Source of the DNA: Lama guanicoe
Lineage: Eukaryota
DNA length: 64,000 nucleotides
NCBI GenBank assembly: GCA_013239625.1
Contig: MU054001.1
Span: forward strand, 4,194,167 to 4,258,166
Reading direction: 5' to 3'
Both the position numbers and the translations under genes were made by a program. The notes below the pieces were generated by a model. That model worked only from the letters and a program-made list of their open reading frames with translations, made no database searches and was not told the DNA's origin. Positions 51,265 to 64,000 of the stretch are shown here, piece after piece. Within the stretch, counting starts at the first letter, position 1; each line of letters starts with the position of its first letter.

Positions 51265-51433
51265 ATTGATTTCTTTTTTTGTTTGTTGGGGTTTTTTTGG
51301 GAGAGGGGATAGTAATTAGGTTTATTTATTTATTTTTGGAGGAGGTAGTGCAGATTGAGCCCAGGATCTTGTGTATGCTAAGCATGCACTCTACCACTTG
51401 AGCTATACCCTCCCCACACCAATTTCTTGAATA
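51265..51433 (-). mobile_element. tRNA-derived SINE copy 1 (identical to 51620-51788)
   Basis: Reverse strand ggggagggtatagctcaagtggtagagtgcatgcttagc...; identical to copy 2. Confidence 0.88.
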
Positions 51434-51619
51434 AGAACACTATTCAGCCGTAAAAGAATAAAATAATGCCATTTGCAGCAACATGAATGGACCTGGAGAT
51501 CACCATTCTAAGTGAAGTGGGCCAGAAAGAGAAAAATGCCATATGATATCACTTATATGCGGAATCTTTCAAAAAAAAAAAGGACACAAATGAACTACTT
51601 ATTATTTATAACTTAGATC

Positions 51620-51788
51620 ATTGATTTCTTTTTTTGTTTGTTGGGGTTTTTTTGGGAGAGGGGATAGTAATTAGGTTTATTTATTTATTTTTGGAGGAGG
51701 TAGTGCAGATTGAGCCCAGGATCTTGTGTATGCTAAGCATGCACTCTACCACTTGAGCTATACCCTCCCCACACCAATTTCTTGAATA
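51620..51788 (-). mobile_element. tRNA-derived SINE copy 2
   Basis: Same 169-bp sequence as 51265-51433. Confidence 0.88.
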
Positions 51789-52239
51789 TGTGTAAGCACA
51801 TTTGACTGTCATTTATGATTGGAGTACTGTATTCTGTTGATTCTTATTTTGTGGTTGACTTTATTCCTTTGATAACTATGTAAGTTTAAAAAGCTAAAGC
51901 TCTAATCTGTTCTTAGAAAAGAATGATCAGTACATATATGTAAAGTTAAAAAAAATACATGCAGTATATTGTATATATGTATTTACATGCAATATATTGA
52001 AATGTGCAATCAAACTGTAACAATTCTACCTAATAAAACTGAAAAATGAAAAAAATAGATAAAAATAAATAAACCTAATTACCTCCCCCTCCAAAAAAAA
52101 GTTCTAACTCCTGCACTGCTAGTCACCTATTTAAAGAGGCAGCAGATCCCAGGAGGGAGAGAAAGCTGGAGTCATAATTTATACCAGGATGATTTCCAAA
52201 GTGAGCAATAACTCATGAAAGAAATTTCATATAATGCTG

Positions 52240-53000
52240 CAGTGGATAAGTCCTTTCTAACCTGACATGAAACCTAAAAGCCATAATGAAAAGACTGATA
52301 AATTCAATTACATTAAAAAAATTTTTTTTCTACATGGTAAAAACTATTAAAAGTAAAATCAAAAGATGAGCAAGAGATTATGGAAACATCTGCAATTCTT
52401 ATCACAAGGAGCTAATCTTCCTCATATGTAAAGAGTTCCTACAAATCAAAAAGACCAATAACCCAGCAGAAAAATGAGAGAAGAGTATGAACAGAGAGTT
52501 CATGGAAAAACAATACAAATGGCTCTTGAACATTTAGAAAGAAGCTGACCTCACCCATAAGAGAAATGCAATTTAAAACAACTATGAAAAAACATTTTTA
52601 CCTACCCATTAAGCAAAGATCAAGCATTTCATAAATCTCTGTGTTGGCCAGGCTAGGGGAGGAAATAGACACCCACACTTGCTCCTGGCAGGTGTGTGAT
52701 TCAGCACAACCTCTGGGACAGGCAGTGTAGTCATATCTAACAACGTCGCTAATGTATGCACACACCTTTTGACCCAGCAAACCTACTGCAAGTAATTTAT
52801 CCTACAAACACTTTCACATGTGTGAAATGATGTATGCACTAGATTATTCATTGCAGCATTATTTGTAATTGCACTGCAAACAATATGTCTATCAGTCTGG
52901 TGAAGATAAATCACAATACATACTTTACATGGAATACTACACAGCTGTCAAAAAGGGTGCATCAGCTTGAGCCATACTATCACAGGATATTCTGTGAAAA
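52240..53000 (+). mobile_element. Old L1M fragment (ORF2 3' end/3' UTR)
   Basis: Degenerate L1 motifs (agagaaatgcaatttaaaac, ctttgacccagcaa, ttattcattgcagcattatttgtaat, atggaatactacacagc). Confidence 0.7.
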
Positions 53001-53177
53001 ATCCACATAGTAACAGCAATACCTAGAGTGGATTAGGACTGAACCAAGACAGAAAAATCAAAACTGCTGCTTTGGCAGAGTGAACAAATCTTCTCATTTT
53101 CAATTTCTATTTCTATTATCACAATGTAGCTTGTGCAATTTTTTTTGTTTTCAATAGGAAAAACAATATCTACCATA

Positions 53178-53435
53178 TACATAGTGCCTATTGTTAACAA
53201 CACTGTATTGTATACTTAAAATTGTCTCTAAAATGATATAGTTTACACGTTCTTATCATAAAAATAATAATAATAAATAAAGAGAAAGGAGGAAGCTTTT
53301 GCCCATGAGGGACAGGTTTCTGGAATAGATTGTGGTGATAGGTTCATGGGTAAACTAACCAAGTTGTATACATTAAATATGCACGGCTTTTTGTATGTCA
53401 CTCATATGTCAATAAAGGGCTTTTAAAAAAAAATT
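53178..53435 (+). mobile_element. L1MA/MB-type 3' end
   Basis: catagtgcctattgttaacaacactgtattgtatac...gtatacattaaatatgcac...caataaag followed by an A tail. Confidence 0.65.
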
Positions 53436-53578
53436 AAAGTATAAACTAAAAAATAAAGACCCTAATAGAAAAACTCAAAGGGTAACATAAAGCAATTGAT
53501 AACTCAGGTGACACTACAATACAATAACATGTATTGTTATATATTGTATATAAAGATATGTTCCTGGTATGTTTGTTG

Positions 53579-53599
53579 GTGTGTGTGTGTGTGTGTGTG
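53579..53599. repeat. (GT)n microsatellite, ~10 units
   Basis: gtgtgtgtgtgtgtgtgtgtg. Confidence 0.9.
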
Positions 53600-56500
53600 C
53601 ATACACATATAAATAGAACCCATAAACAAAAAGAGAAGAAAAGAAAAATAAGCCCCATGTCCATCACATCTAAGTTGCATGACCCTGAAAAGGTTACTTA
53701 GCCTCTCTGTGCCTCAGTTTCCTCACCTGGAAAAAGGGAGAATAACGTTCTGACCGCCCAGGGCTTTGAGGGGATTCAGTGGAGGTGATGCAGGTGGAGT
53801 GTGGGGCTGCACCTGGCACAAGGTGCCGAAGTCAAGGTGACAAGTATTATCAAGTTGCAGAAAGGGCCGCAAGGTCTGGGGGGTGGGCCCAGAACCTTCC
53901 CCTCCACCTGACCCTGTCACAGACCACAGCACCGGAGGGGTCAAGGAGCCTTGGTCTCCCCCTAGCTCTGCTCTAGAAGTGGCCTGGCCTCTGGGGTGGA
54001 CACAGTAGTGTCAGCACCTCAGGACCGCCTTCTGGGGGCATGAGCAGCATCACAAACTGACGCCCCCACGCGGCACCTCACTGGGACTCAAGGGAGCAGC
54101 CACCTGCTCGGTCAGGGAAAGCAGGGATATGGCCCGAGCCACAGAGAGCTTCTGGGCAGCATCCCCGGCAGCACTGGGTCCTCACCCCAAAGTCTCTAGG
54201 GCTGCAGAGAGGAGAAAAGCAGCCCTCAAGACAGGCTCTGCAAACTGTGAATCCAGCGGGGACACTGAGAGGGCAGGAAACCAGCCAGAAGGCATCCCCA
54301 ACCTGCCAGCCTCTGAGCACCTGCTGGGAGCGGGCAAGGCCCTGGCATCCTGAACCCCAGGGAGGGGCGTGCTCACTATATTTCCAGCCTGGGGAGCCAA
54401 CTCTGGGATCCTAACCTACTCGTCCCAAGCCACCTGGCTGGGATTTAAACTCTGACCTGCCCACTTCAAGGCCCAGGCTCCTTCTTAACCTTATGCCTGC
54501 ATTTCCTGAGGTGCGATCTGCCCTACAGCAGGCCGTGAAGAGCTACACACACCCACCAGTTTCTGTTCACAGGCAGCACTGGGCTTACCATTCTCCTCCT
54601 CCTCCTCTAAAGACACATTAGCAAATTAGCAGGAAAGAAAGCTGCTGGATTAATAAACATAGCTAAACGTTTCCCAGTCTTTTTGGTTCAAGAAGCTCTT
54701 TTTGCATTAAATCTCTAAAGAATCCCCTGTGGGAAATGCTGACTTGAGCATCTCTAGGACTCAGTTCCGGGCTCCTCCCTCAAGAAGCCTCCCTGGGCAG
54801 TTGTAGCCCAGAAAGGCCAGTATCTGCCCCTTCTCTGACAGCCTGGGAGTTCCTTCAGGCTGGAGCCCCACTCCCCGACCTCCACCCGACCCTGGGCTGG
54901 GCTGAGCTTGGCCCCCAGGGTGGGGGAGGCGGAAGACTGGAGGAGAGGCCTGGCTCCTGCCCGCAGGCAGTTTTCAGCTGGGGAAGCAACGTGCCCTGGG
55001 GAAGAGAAAGCAGGAAAGAGCACTAAACACCGACCAGGAAAGACCCTCCTGTCGTACTTCCTGCCTCGCCGAGCAACGCAGGGAAGTGCTCCCGCTCCGT
55101 ACCTCAGTCTCCCCACCTGCCAGAGGCAAAAAGGGATAGAGCCCTGGGTCGAAAGCCAGGAGACCTAAGGGCCAGCCCAGCTCCACCTCTCGCCCTCTCT
55201 GGGCCTGAGTCCTTGGGGCGGGGGGGTGGGGAGTGAGGAAAGGCCCCCAGGGTCTGGGAGGTCCCTTCTCACTCAGACTACTAGGGAAGCTAGCCACAGT
55301 GGGGCCAGTGGGAAAGGCACCCCACACAGACCTCCGCAGGCCTTGCTGGGGCCATGGCCTCCCCCAACATCCATGGAGCCCAGCGAGGCATCACTGTCTA
55401 CTCAGGCTCCCGGAGCCACTGCTTACTTAGCCCAAAGGTCCCCCATTTGACTCCCAAAGTGCCAGAGTGCCTGGCCCTGATCCAAGGTGCTGAGAACCCC
55501 CACCTCCCCAAGGCTTCCTGAGAACCTGTGCGAGGCCAAGGGCGCATGTGGGGCTGGAGGGCTGCCTGGTGAAGCCTGGACCAGAGCCCGGAAGCGCCCT
55601 TCTGCAGGGGAAGCAGCCCCAGCCGACCTCTCCCACACCCCTCAAAACCACAGCCTGGCTTCCGGAGCTGCAAATACAGGGCCTTAGGAGCCCCTCCCTA
55701 AGGCTGTCCCCGGAGCCCAAACCCCCAAACCCCCCACTCCTGCTCGGTGACTCCTTCCATCCACAAACTCTTGCCTTCCGGAGCTAGGCTCCACTGGGCA
55801 CAGAAGCCGCTGTGATGGAGCCTCCGTCCATGGCAGCCCCGTGCCCCACAAGCCCAGGCCTCCCCTGGGACTTCCCACCAGGACTCCCTACACCTGACCA
55901 AGACCCCAAGAACAATGAGCCCAGTCCTGCTCACCCTCGGCCAACAAACTCCTCCAGGGCTTCCTGAAGCCTTCTTCGCGGCTGTGTGATTTGACTTATT
56001 TCGGTTCCCCAAACAAGCCCCACCCTTTCGTCTCCAGGCTCTGGCAGCCTAAAAGCACTGCCTACCTCCTCACCCCCAAACTCCCTCTGCCTGGCAAACT
56101 CCTGCCTGCCCTTCAGAGCCAGGTTGAGCTGCCACCTCCTCCAGGAGGGCTGCCCAACCTGGACTCAGTGCCTGCACTTTCCTCCACAGCACAGGGCCCC
56201 TGGCCTGTCACTGCCTGACTGTGTGGCACTTCTCCCAAGGCTGATGTCTGGCCATGCCCTGCTCCACTTCCAGAACCCAACACTGCTTGGCACAAAGGGG
56301 ACACCCAAATCCCAAACCCATGGACTAAGTCAAATACAGCCCACCCTGAACGGGCAGTCAGGGCCTGGGCCCCAATCCTAGTGTCCCTAGTCCCGTCTGT
56401 GTGAGTTTTGGCAGGCCACCTGCCTCTCAGGCCTTGATTTCTCACCTGAGTGATGGAGATGAAACTCTTTCCTATTCCCTGGCCTGTTCTGGCAGTAAAG

Positions 56501-57924
56501 TGACCTTGTGGCTATGAAAACTTATAAATCCAGAAACTTTGCACATGAAAGGGGGCTGAACTTGCTGTATTGTTTCTACTACAGGGACAAAGGCCCCAGC
56601 CTAAGTCCCCCTCACCGCCATCCAACAGGTAGGCTCCTGTCCACACCAGGTACCAGGTGAGGTGCTGAAGCTACCACAAACAATACGGATGCAGGGTCTT
56701 TTGTGAGCCCATGTTGCAGGGAGGGGAGGGGCATGTGCCAAACGAGCCACATGAGCAAAGGAAATGCCAGGGCAGGCAAGGACCCAGCCTCAGGCCAGGC
56801 AGCCAGGGAGGCAGGAAAGCCTAGTTGTTGAGAGCACAGGCTCTGAGGCCAAACAGGGAGACCCCCAGCTCCACATCAGAGGAGCTGTGTGACCTAGGGC
56901 ATGTTAATTAACCTCTCTGGGCCTCCATTTCCTCATCTGCCGAATGGAGGGGTGGGCAGCCTGAGAAACCACTCCCACCCCATCAACTCCAGTCAGGCCC
57001 AGAAGAAAGTGAGAGGAGGTGGGCCTTGGGGGCCAGGAACACAGCTGAGGACTAGGGTACCTGCAATGCAGACCTCAACAAAGACCCAGGAGACACACTT
57101 CAAGCCTCAGGGGTCTCGGCCTCACTTCCTGTCAGCCCCCATAAGTGCTTCTCGTCCCCTGCTCCCCTGCCCAGCAAGTGGGGTCTGACAAAGGGATGCC
57201 CGAGAGCCAGCCCCTGCCCCAGCCCCGGCCTGGCACTAAGGCACCCCTTCCTAAAGGGAGCTGAGCAGTGACTCCAGGGAGTCTGGGTGTTTCCCCATCA
57301 GCCCAGGACCCCATTAAAGCAATGCCTCCAGCCAAATTCACAGGGCTCCTCCTCTCTAGCTGGATGGAGCCCAGGGGAGACAGGTGTTGGGGGACTAGGA
57401 GCAGGGATGGGCAGACTCAGGAGGTCTCTGGCCCACGTGGCAGGGAGGTGCACAGGAGGCAGTCAGCCTGAGATGGGGAGGTGTGGAGACTGAGGCCAGG
57501 AGGAGGGGACGACCACATCCCCCACGAGTGAGCCAGGGGAGACGTGCCTCCCTGCCAACCAGGAGAGCACACCAGCCCTGAGGCTGCGTAGTCCTCTTGG
57601 CGTCAGCTTCCTCACCTGTGCAGAGAGGGGCCCTACCCCAGGACCCTGGGCCTCTCCCTGCTCAGCCAGCCAGTGATGCCAGGAACCGCTGACCCAAGTC
57701 AGCTGCACCTGAGGTGGAGACTAGGCCACTTCCAAGGGGCAAGAAGACAGAAGCCCCAATCAGGTACTCAGGGTCTTGTGAGGTGAGTCAGGGCACCACC
57801 TACTGCATCACCCCCAGGGGCCTCACTCCTCCCAAAAGCCAGGCCTGCCACCCCAAGTAGGCACGAGGTCCCCTGGGTCACAAGCACTCCCACCCCATCA
57901 CCTCCAGGTGGGCCCATGAGAAAG

Positions 57925-58013
57925 CCAGAGGGGGCCCTTGGGGGCCAGAGTGGGGGGGCCTTCAGGGACAGAGGAGGGGCCTTGGGGGCCAGAGGAGGGG
58001 CCTTGGGGGCCAG
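57925..58013. repeat. G-rich ~21-bp minisatellite, ~4 copies
   Basis: Unit ccagaggaggggccttggggg, imperfect. Confidence 0.8.
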
Positions 58014-61000
58014 GGTCATGAAACAAAGACCTCAATTTTGTTTCTTTTCCCTCAGGCACAGTTGCAGGGTAATCTCTTTTAGTGGTCAAGGGGGGCTGGC
58101 ACACAGAGGCATAAAGAGAGTGAGGGACAGAGGAGGGTGCTCCTGGCGCGCTCAGCACCGGCACCAGCCAAACGGGAGTCTCAACACAGGGGAGGGGGTG
58201 GACCAGACACACTTGAGCCCCCTCTTCTCCTGAGCCCAAGGACCCCTAAAAGGGAGCCCCTCTTTGTAACACAAGGCAAGAGGGCATCTGAGGTGAGGAA
58301 GCACTCCAAGTAGAAGGAACTGCTCGGCAAAGGGCAGAAAGAGGCAAGCCAGTCTGCTGACCAAGCCAGGAAGCGGACCCAGAGTGCATGAGAGGTCACA
58401 AGACACAGAACTGGAGAGAGAGGGTGGACCAGGACCGGGAGGGGCCCAGAAGCCAAGAGAAGGGGTACAAATGTGACACCAGACAGGAAGAGCTGATTGA
58501 TGTGTATGTTAGAGGAAGCAGGAACCCCACAGGCCTCTTCTCCAGAGCCCAAGATCAGCCATCCCATCCCATCTTGACAACAGAGTGGGCTCACGTCTAT
58601 CTCCCAGCAGAGCACGTAGTCGGTGCTCGTGAAACAGACACATCAAAGACACCAGCAGACGGCGGGAGAAAGGATGATCCCAGATGTCACAGAGAGGAGG
58701 TCACCAAAGAGGAAATGAGCCCACCTCTGGTCTAGGGCTCACACCCCACCCCATCCTGACACCTTTTTTCCTATTACAAAGGCTTGGAGGGGGTTAGGGG
58801 GTAGGGAAAGGAGAGGGCAGGGAATGGAGGCGTTTCTGCCCAGCAGGTCTGCACCCGGGACTGGGCAATGCCCCAGCCATGACGTAGCACCTTGTGAAAT
58901 CCATGGGCAATGGCAAGTCGAGCCGGATGCTGATGGCTGTCAGGTGGGCACCGTGCCACCCTCTCTGGTTGGGGGTGGCAGGCGGAGCCACAGGCAGGTG
59001 AGTGGAGGGCAAGCAGGCTTGGCTAGGAGGGTAGGGGCAGAGCCAGAGGGCCCCTGGGCAGAGGAGGGGGCTGGCAGGATTCCACACACACAGGCTAGGG
59101 GGCTCGCCACTGCTGAGAACCTCTAGGCCTGAGCCTACTGGTCTCAGATGCCTGGGAGGCATTTTTCTCATGCATTTAATGTTTCCGGCACCCTGCCTGC
59201 ACACTGCCATTTTACAGATGAAGACACTGAGGAATAGAGAGACAGCGATCAGCCCAAGGGCTACAGGCTACCAGGGAGCCCCTCAGTCAGACCCCTTGGC
59301 TGGCCCTGCCCACATTCGCCTCCCAGGTACCCTCTCCCAGGGATGTCCACCCTCCCACCCAAGGCAGGATGGGGCAGAGGAGAGCCCCAAACCCAGCCCC
59401 CTGACAGTGACGATGACAAACACCTCCCATTGGGTAGTGGCTCCTCTGTGCCAGCTGCACCATGTACACCCCCTTGTTTAATCCTACAACTACCTGCACA
59501 CCGGGTACCATGAGCAGCCCGTTTTAAAGATGCGAGGAACTGGCTCAATCCCTTGCTCATCTTGGGCACTCCCAGAAGGAGGCAGGGTGGGGCTTGAACC
59601 CAGGCCACCACCTGAGCATTATCTGGCTCTGCCTGGAGGGAGAGGGCTGGACCCGATGACCTCCAGAAGATCCTGCTTCTCTGGCTGCCATTCAGTTCAT
59701 TCACTGAGCCAAACTCTCAGCTCTTGGCTACATAGGTCTTTTTAAAGACATTAAATGCCCCAAAGATCCACCATCAGCACCTCCATCTCATCCTTGACAC
59801 TCGGCCCCATGGAAGGCTAGAACCGGCGGCTCTGATTCAGGAGTCCAGTGTGACCCACTCTGCCTGCTCCCTCGGAGGTCCTGGAACTTTCCTGGCCAAG
59901 TTGTGTACTGCCCTCACCTGGACAATGGGATGTGGAAAGTGGCCTTCAGCTCAGCGTGAATGTGCCCCAGGACAGGAGAAGAGAGGTAAGGGACAGCGCT
60001 GAGGGACGGGCCACCAGCCACCCCTGGATGACCCTGAGTAATGATGGGATGGCAAGTCATGGAAAATGCAGAGGGTGGGGTCTCCCACCTCCCCGCTGAG
60101 GCAGAACTCAAGCACGTGTCCAAGAACACATAGCCCAGCCAGAGTGAGAGCCCTGACTCAGCCCTGGCCACCCCAAGGTGGGTGCAGACAAGACACTCCA
60201 GTAAGGATCCCCACACAAGCCCTCCCTGTTCAGCTTTACCCTCACAGCCTCTTCAAAGATGAGGCACCGTGTGCTGACCATCTCCCAGGCCTCAAACATG
60301 GCAGCTCTCCAAGAGAAGCAGTGCACATGAGTGGTCGCCCCTGGGGACTGGCTCACTGTGTGACCCAGGACAAGACAGCACCCCGCTGGGCCCCTGGCTT
60401 CTCCTCTGTAAACTGGGGGCAGATGACACCACCACACTGGATGGGTGAGGGGAGGCAGGGAATGGGTTAAACCTGTAAAGGGGACTGCGCATCCCCAAAG
60501 TGACATCCAGTCAGACCTCTGTCTCCTCCTGAAAAGCACCTTGGGCCTGTTTAGAGGCCCCACTCCTGCAGCCCGCTAACTGCCAAGGCCTTCAGGGCAC
60601 TAGCCCCCATTCCCATAGGGCCCACAGGAGGACTCCGTCTCCCCAGACTCACTCCTGGCAAAGAGGCCCTGAGAGACCAGCCCCTACCCGACCCCTACAC
60701 CCTGGGAAAATGGCCGCCAGCGAACAGCCACTTCTCAATGAAGCGCCCCTGGAGACTTCCCCAACAAAGCTCACACCATCCCCGGCCAGGAATCCCTGCC
60801 CTCCCCTACACCAGGAGGCAGAGGAAAACCCCAGGAAGCCCCAGGCCCCTCTGGACGGGGGAGGCCTGCAGCCCGGTCAGAAACAAGGGTGCTCAGACAG
60901 ACCCTCCAGACTGTGCTCCCCGACACAGATGCCCCCACTTCCTGCAGAGCGAATCCCCTTACACCATCTCTTAAGTCTACCCAGTTTATTTCAGTGTCTT

Positions 61001-63139
61001 CTTCAGTCTTGTCTGGGGCAGAAATACATGCATGAAGTCACAGATTCAATGTCCTACTTACAGAGATTTTTTTTCCTAAAATATATTAAAATACGCACAT
61101 TGTAAGCATGTTCATCCACATACAGGCTGAAACCATCTGAGGAGCAGGGTCCCCACACTGAGAAATGCTGGTCTAGTCACCCCTCATAAGGTCCACCAGC
61201 ACAGCTGTGGCCAAGAGAGTCGGTGACAGCCCACAGTCACAGTCATTCCAGCCAGAGCCAGCCTGGACTCCAGCCACCCATCCAGGCCCTGGGGCCAGGG
61301 ACTCTGTCTCCAAGACTCCCAGCCCAGGCCTCTGCTTTCCCCTTCCCCAACCTCACCCCTCCCCCAAGGGCTGGCCAGGGAGGAAGCCCTGTGGGTCAGC
61401 TGTCCAGAACCCCATGTGATAACACAGAAAAGAGGAGCCTGCTTCACCCTGTCTGTGCACATGTGTTTAGATGAGGGGGCAGAAAGATCCAGAAGGACCC
61501 ACTCCCCATGGTCCACGCTGGTGGTCCCCAGGACCTTGGGCTGGGAAGACTTGGGTGGGAAGAGAGACTTTCATTTTCCTGAGACATCTTGGTTCTCTGC
61601 CTCTTGGGCATACATCACTTTCAGAGTTTGGTTTTTATTCTTTTTGATCTAACAAAATTAATTCAGTTGCCCTTCCCTTGCTAACTTTTACTTTCACTGA
61701 GAAAAGTAAAGTGTAAAATTACAACCTGGAAAAGAAATGCGGAACTCCAGGTGGACCAAGGCCATCACAGTTAATAACGGCACCTTCTTGTCAGGCTGAG
61801 AAAGCAAGTGACAAGGTGTCTCTCTTTGTCCTGGAGAACCCCCCCACCCCCTGACATCTGGCTGTCGGTCCAGCAGGCTCCAGAAGCCTCCCCCACCTCC
61901 AACCCACATACTATCCATCCGCTCCCAGGCCAGGCCCGCCTGGTGGGGAGGGGGACTGCCCAGCAGCCCCCTCAGGCCCAGGCCACTAGGATGGATGGCG
62001 CCCATACTCATACCCCACTTTACCTGGCTCTCCTCCAGGGCCCCAGGCCAGGGTCAGAGCCGACTTAGAGGTGGCCTGGCCCTTGCCTGCCCCTCCTCGG
62101 CCAGCGTCCAGGCTCACACATGTGAAGCCTCCTTCCACCAGCTACCTAATGAGAGTGAGTCACCTCTGGGACCCACCACTTCCTGCTCTGGCGGCGGGAG
62201 CAGCAGAAAGGCTAACACTGAACCCCCAGCTCAGCGCCTCTCGGGGTGTGCAGGGGGCCCCAGCGGAGCCCTCCACAGGAGCGGAGGGGAGCTGTCAGAC
62301 CAGGCTGCTGGCTCCAATGACCTCATGGAAATTGGAGGCTTCAAGCTGGAACAATTTTCAAAAAGTAAAAATAAAACAAGCGCCAAAAGCCTCCATTAGA
62401 AGCCTGGTGATGACGGTTGGAGGCAAGGAGTAAATGCCTCCTTAATGAGCAATTAGAAGCGAGAGCAGCCTGGCATTCACATAGGCCCTGAGCCTCAGTT
62501 TCCCACCCACACAGTGACGGGCCTCGTCCATCTCTGAGAGGTCAAAGGGCTCCAGTCTGGCCTGCTGCCTCTCCATTTCACAGCTGTCCCCATGCTGGGG
62601 CCAGGCCAGAGGGCAAGACCAAGGCCCATGCTTAGAGTTCCTGTCCCAAACAGCCCCCAGAGAACCCCAGCTGCCCTGGGCCCCAGGAGGCCAGGAATCA
62701 AGCCCTTTCTGCTTTGCCAGGCCTGTTTCCCTACTGGGATCACAGGGTGCTCAGTGGTGAGGCAGCAGACTAGGAAGGACTGGGAAGTGGCATGCAGAAA
62801 CTTCCCAAAACAGAGCGGGGAGGATACCGCCTGGTCCTCAGGGAGCCTTCTGAGCATGTCACTTGGGGACCTGGGATTATTTTTTACCTTTTCTCCTGAC
62901 AATAAACCCTACTGTTTAGTAATAAACTGGGGAACAGAGCCCAATTTTCCCACTGACACACCTTGCTCTCTGCAGGCCTCCCTTCCAGCTCCTTCCTCAG
63001 AAGAGGCAGACTCTTCCCTGCTGACCTACTGCACCACCAGCCCTGGCCACCTGGCAGTGGACGCCCCATCCCTCATACCAAGTGCAAGGTCCCAGCAGGC
63101 AGAACCTATGCACACAGGCTAACGCACCCTGAGATCAGC

Positions 63140-63350
63140 ATTTAAACACTGACTGTGTGCTGGGCACCATGCACAGCCTCATGAGGAGGGCCTGCCATTA
63201 TGCCCATTCTACAGAAAGGAAAACTGAGGCTCAGAGAGGCTGCTCACTTGCCCAAGCACACACAGCTAAAAACAAAATTTTTTTAATAAAAAGGCAAAAT
63301 CAGGATTCAAACTCAGGTCTGTCTGACTCTACAGCCTGTGCTCTCAACCA
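63140..63350 (-). mobile_element. MIR SINE (representative; similar MIR cores near 19830, 30820, 37040, 44545, 46770, 53700, 56880, 59210)
   Basis: cccattctacagaaaggaaaactgaggctcagagagg...cttgcccaag...caggattcaaactcaggtctgtctgactc. Confidence 0.8.
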
Positions 63351-64000
63351 CTCACACCATGACCCTCCCCAGAAGCAAAGAAGGGCTTCCCTAGAGACAG
63401 CCTGCTCCACATCCCTCTACACCCTCTTTGGTAGAGGTTGCCTGAGACCTCCAAGCCCTGGCCTCAGTGCTCCCAAACCTGCTGGACAAACTCCCCCAAG
63501 GCAGCTGTGGGCTTTCTCTGCATCTGACAGGGAAGACTGGCTTCTGTTCGCTCAAGGTGCCAGGTACAAAGCACAGCCTGACCCTTTCCTGTTCCACTCA
63601 GCAACACCTGCCCTTTTCCCGTGGACAAGACCCCCAACTAGTGCTGGGGGCGCAAGTATGACTTGGACATAGCCCCTGCCAGGCAAGCTCCATGTTGAGT
63701 CATGCCCACCAATGGCATGGCACAAAGATCTGGGAGAAGCATCCATGAAGGCGAGATAGGTGATCTGGAGCTTGGGGGAGAGAGACCTCACTCAGGTAGG
63801 GGAGGTTCGGGGCTTCCCGAGACAGGGCGTCCCCAGCCCAGGAGATGGCCCAGCTGATCCCTGACTGGTGCATGGGGGCAGTAGGCTACAGAGAGTGGCA
63901 AGGAGGTGAAACAGCGGGCAAGAAGGAATAACACTGCAGCAAAAACAAGACACACACGTTTGGCAGTCAGCCAAGAGACAAATAATGCTGAGCGCTGAGC

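Larger units (their letters stand above)
49772..51603 (+). mobile_element. 5'-truncated L1 (3' part of ORF2, broken; start of 3' UTR)
   Basis: ORFs 49906-50325 ([19 protein letters not shown]...WNRIESPE) and 50862-51203 ([14 protein letters not shown]) are L1 ORF2p C-terminal sequence with frameshifts and insertions. Confidence 0.93.

Noticed and set aside
63786..63900. Possible ADCY7 non-coding first-exon donor (tga|gtgagg) near the window end
   Set aside because: The distance is plausible, but there is no CpG island or other promoter evidence and similar donor-like motifs are frequent; it cannot be supported without transcript data.

Overview
Mammalian genomic DNA, probably a camelid (alpaca/llama/camel), judged from tRNA-derived SINEs resembling the camelid Vic-1 family and artiodactyl-type L1 3' ends. 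Two genes sit tail-to-tail. On the + strand are the last eight coding exons of BRD7 (1994-12903; stop TGA 12901-12903). On the - strand is the complete 25-exon coding sequence of adenylate cyclase 7 (ADCY7; ATG 42144, stop 16794-16796). Its exon lengths sum to 3243 nt (1080 aa + stop), all introns are GT-AG, and about 21 kb of upstream intron follows. The rest is intron with L1, L2, MIR, SINE, MER and ERVL remnants. I found no new protein-coding system. The unusual structure is retrotransposon and DNA-repair related: a 3.1 kb L1 with intact ends but no ORF2 (half-L1-like); a composite L1 insertion with a possible 3' transduction and ~65 bp target duplication; an exact 169 bp templated copy of a SINE; a perfect 118 bp intronic duplication; 165 bp direct repeats bracketing an in-frame ADCY7 exon; and a uORF-dense ADCY7 5' UTR. 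Gene and repeat names come from recognising sequence from memory, not from database searches.
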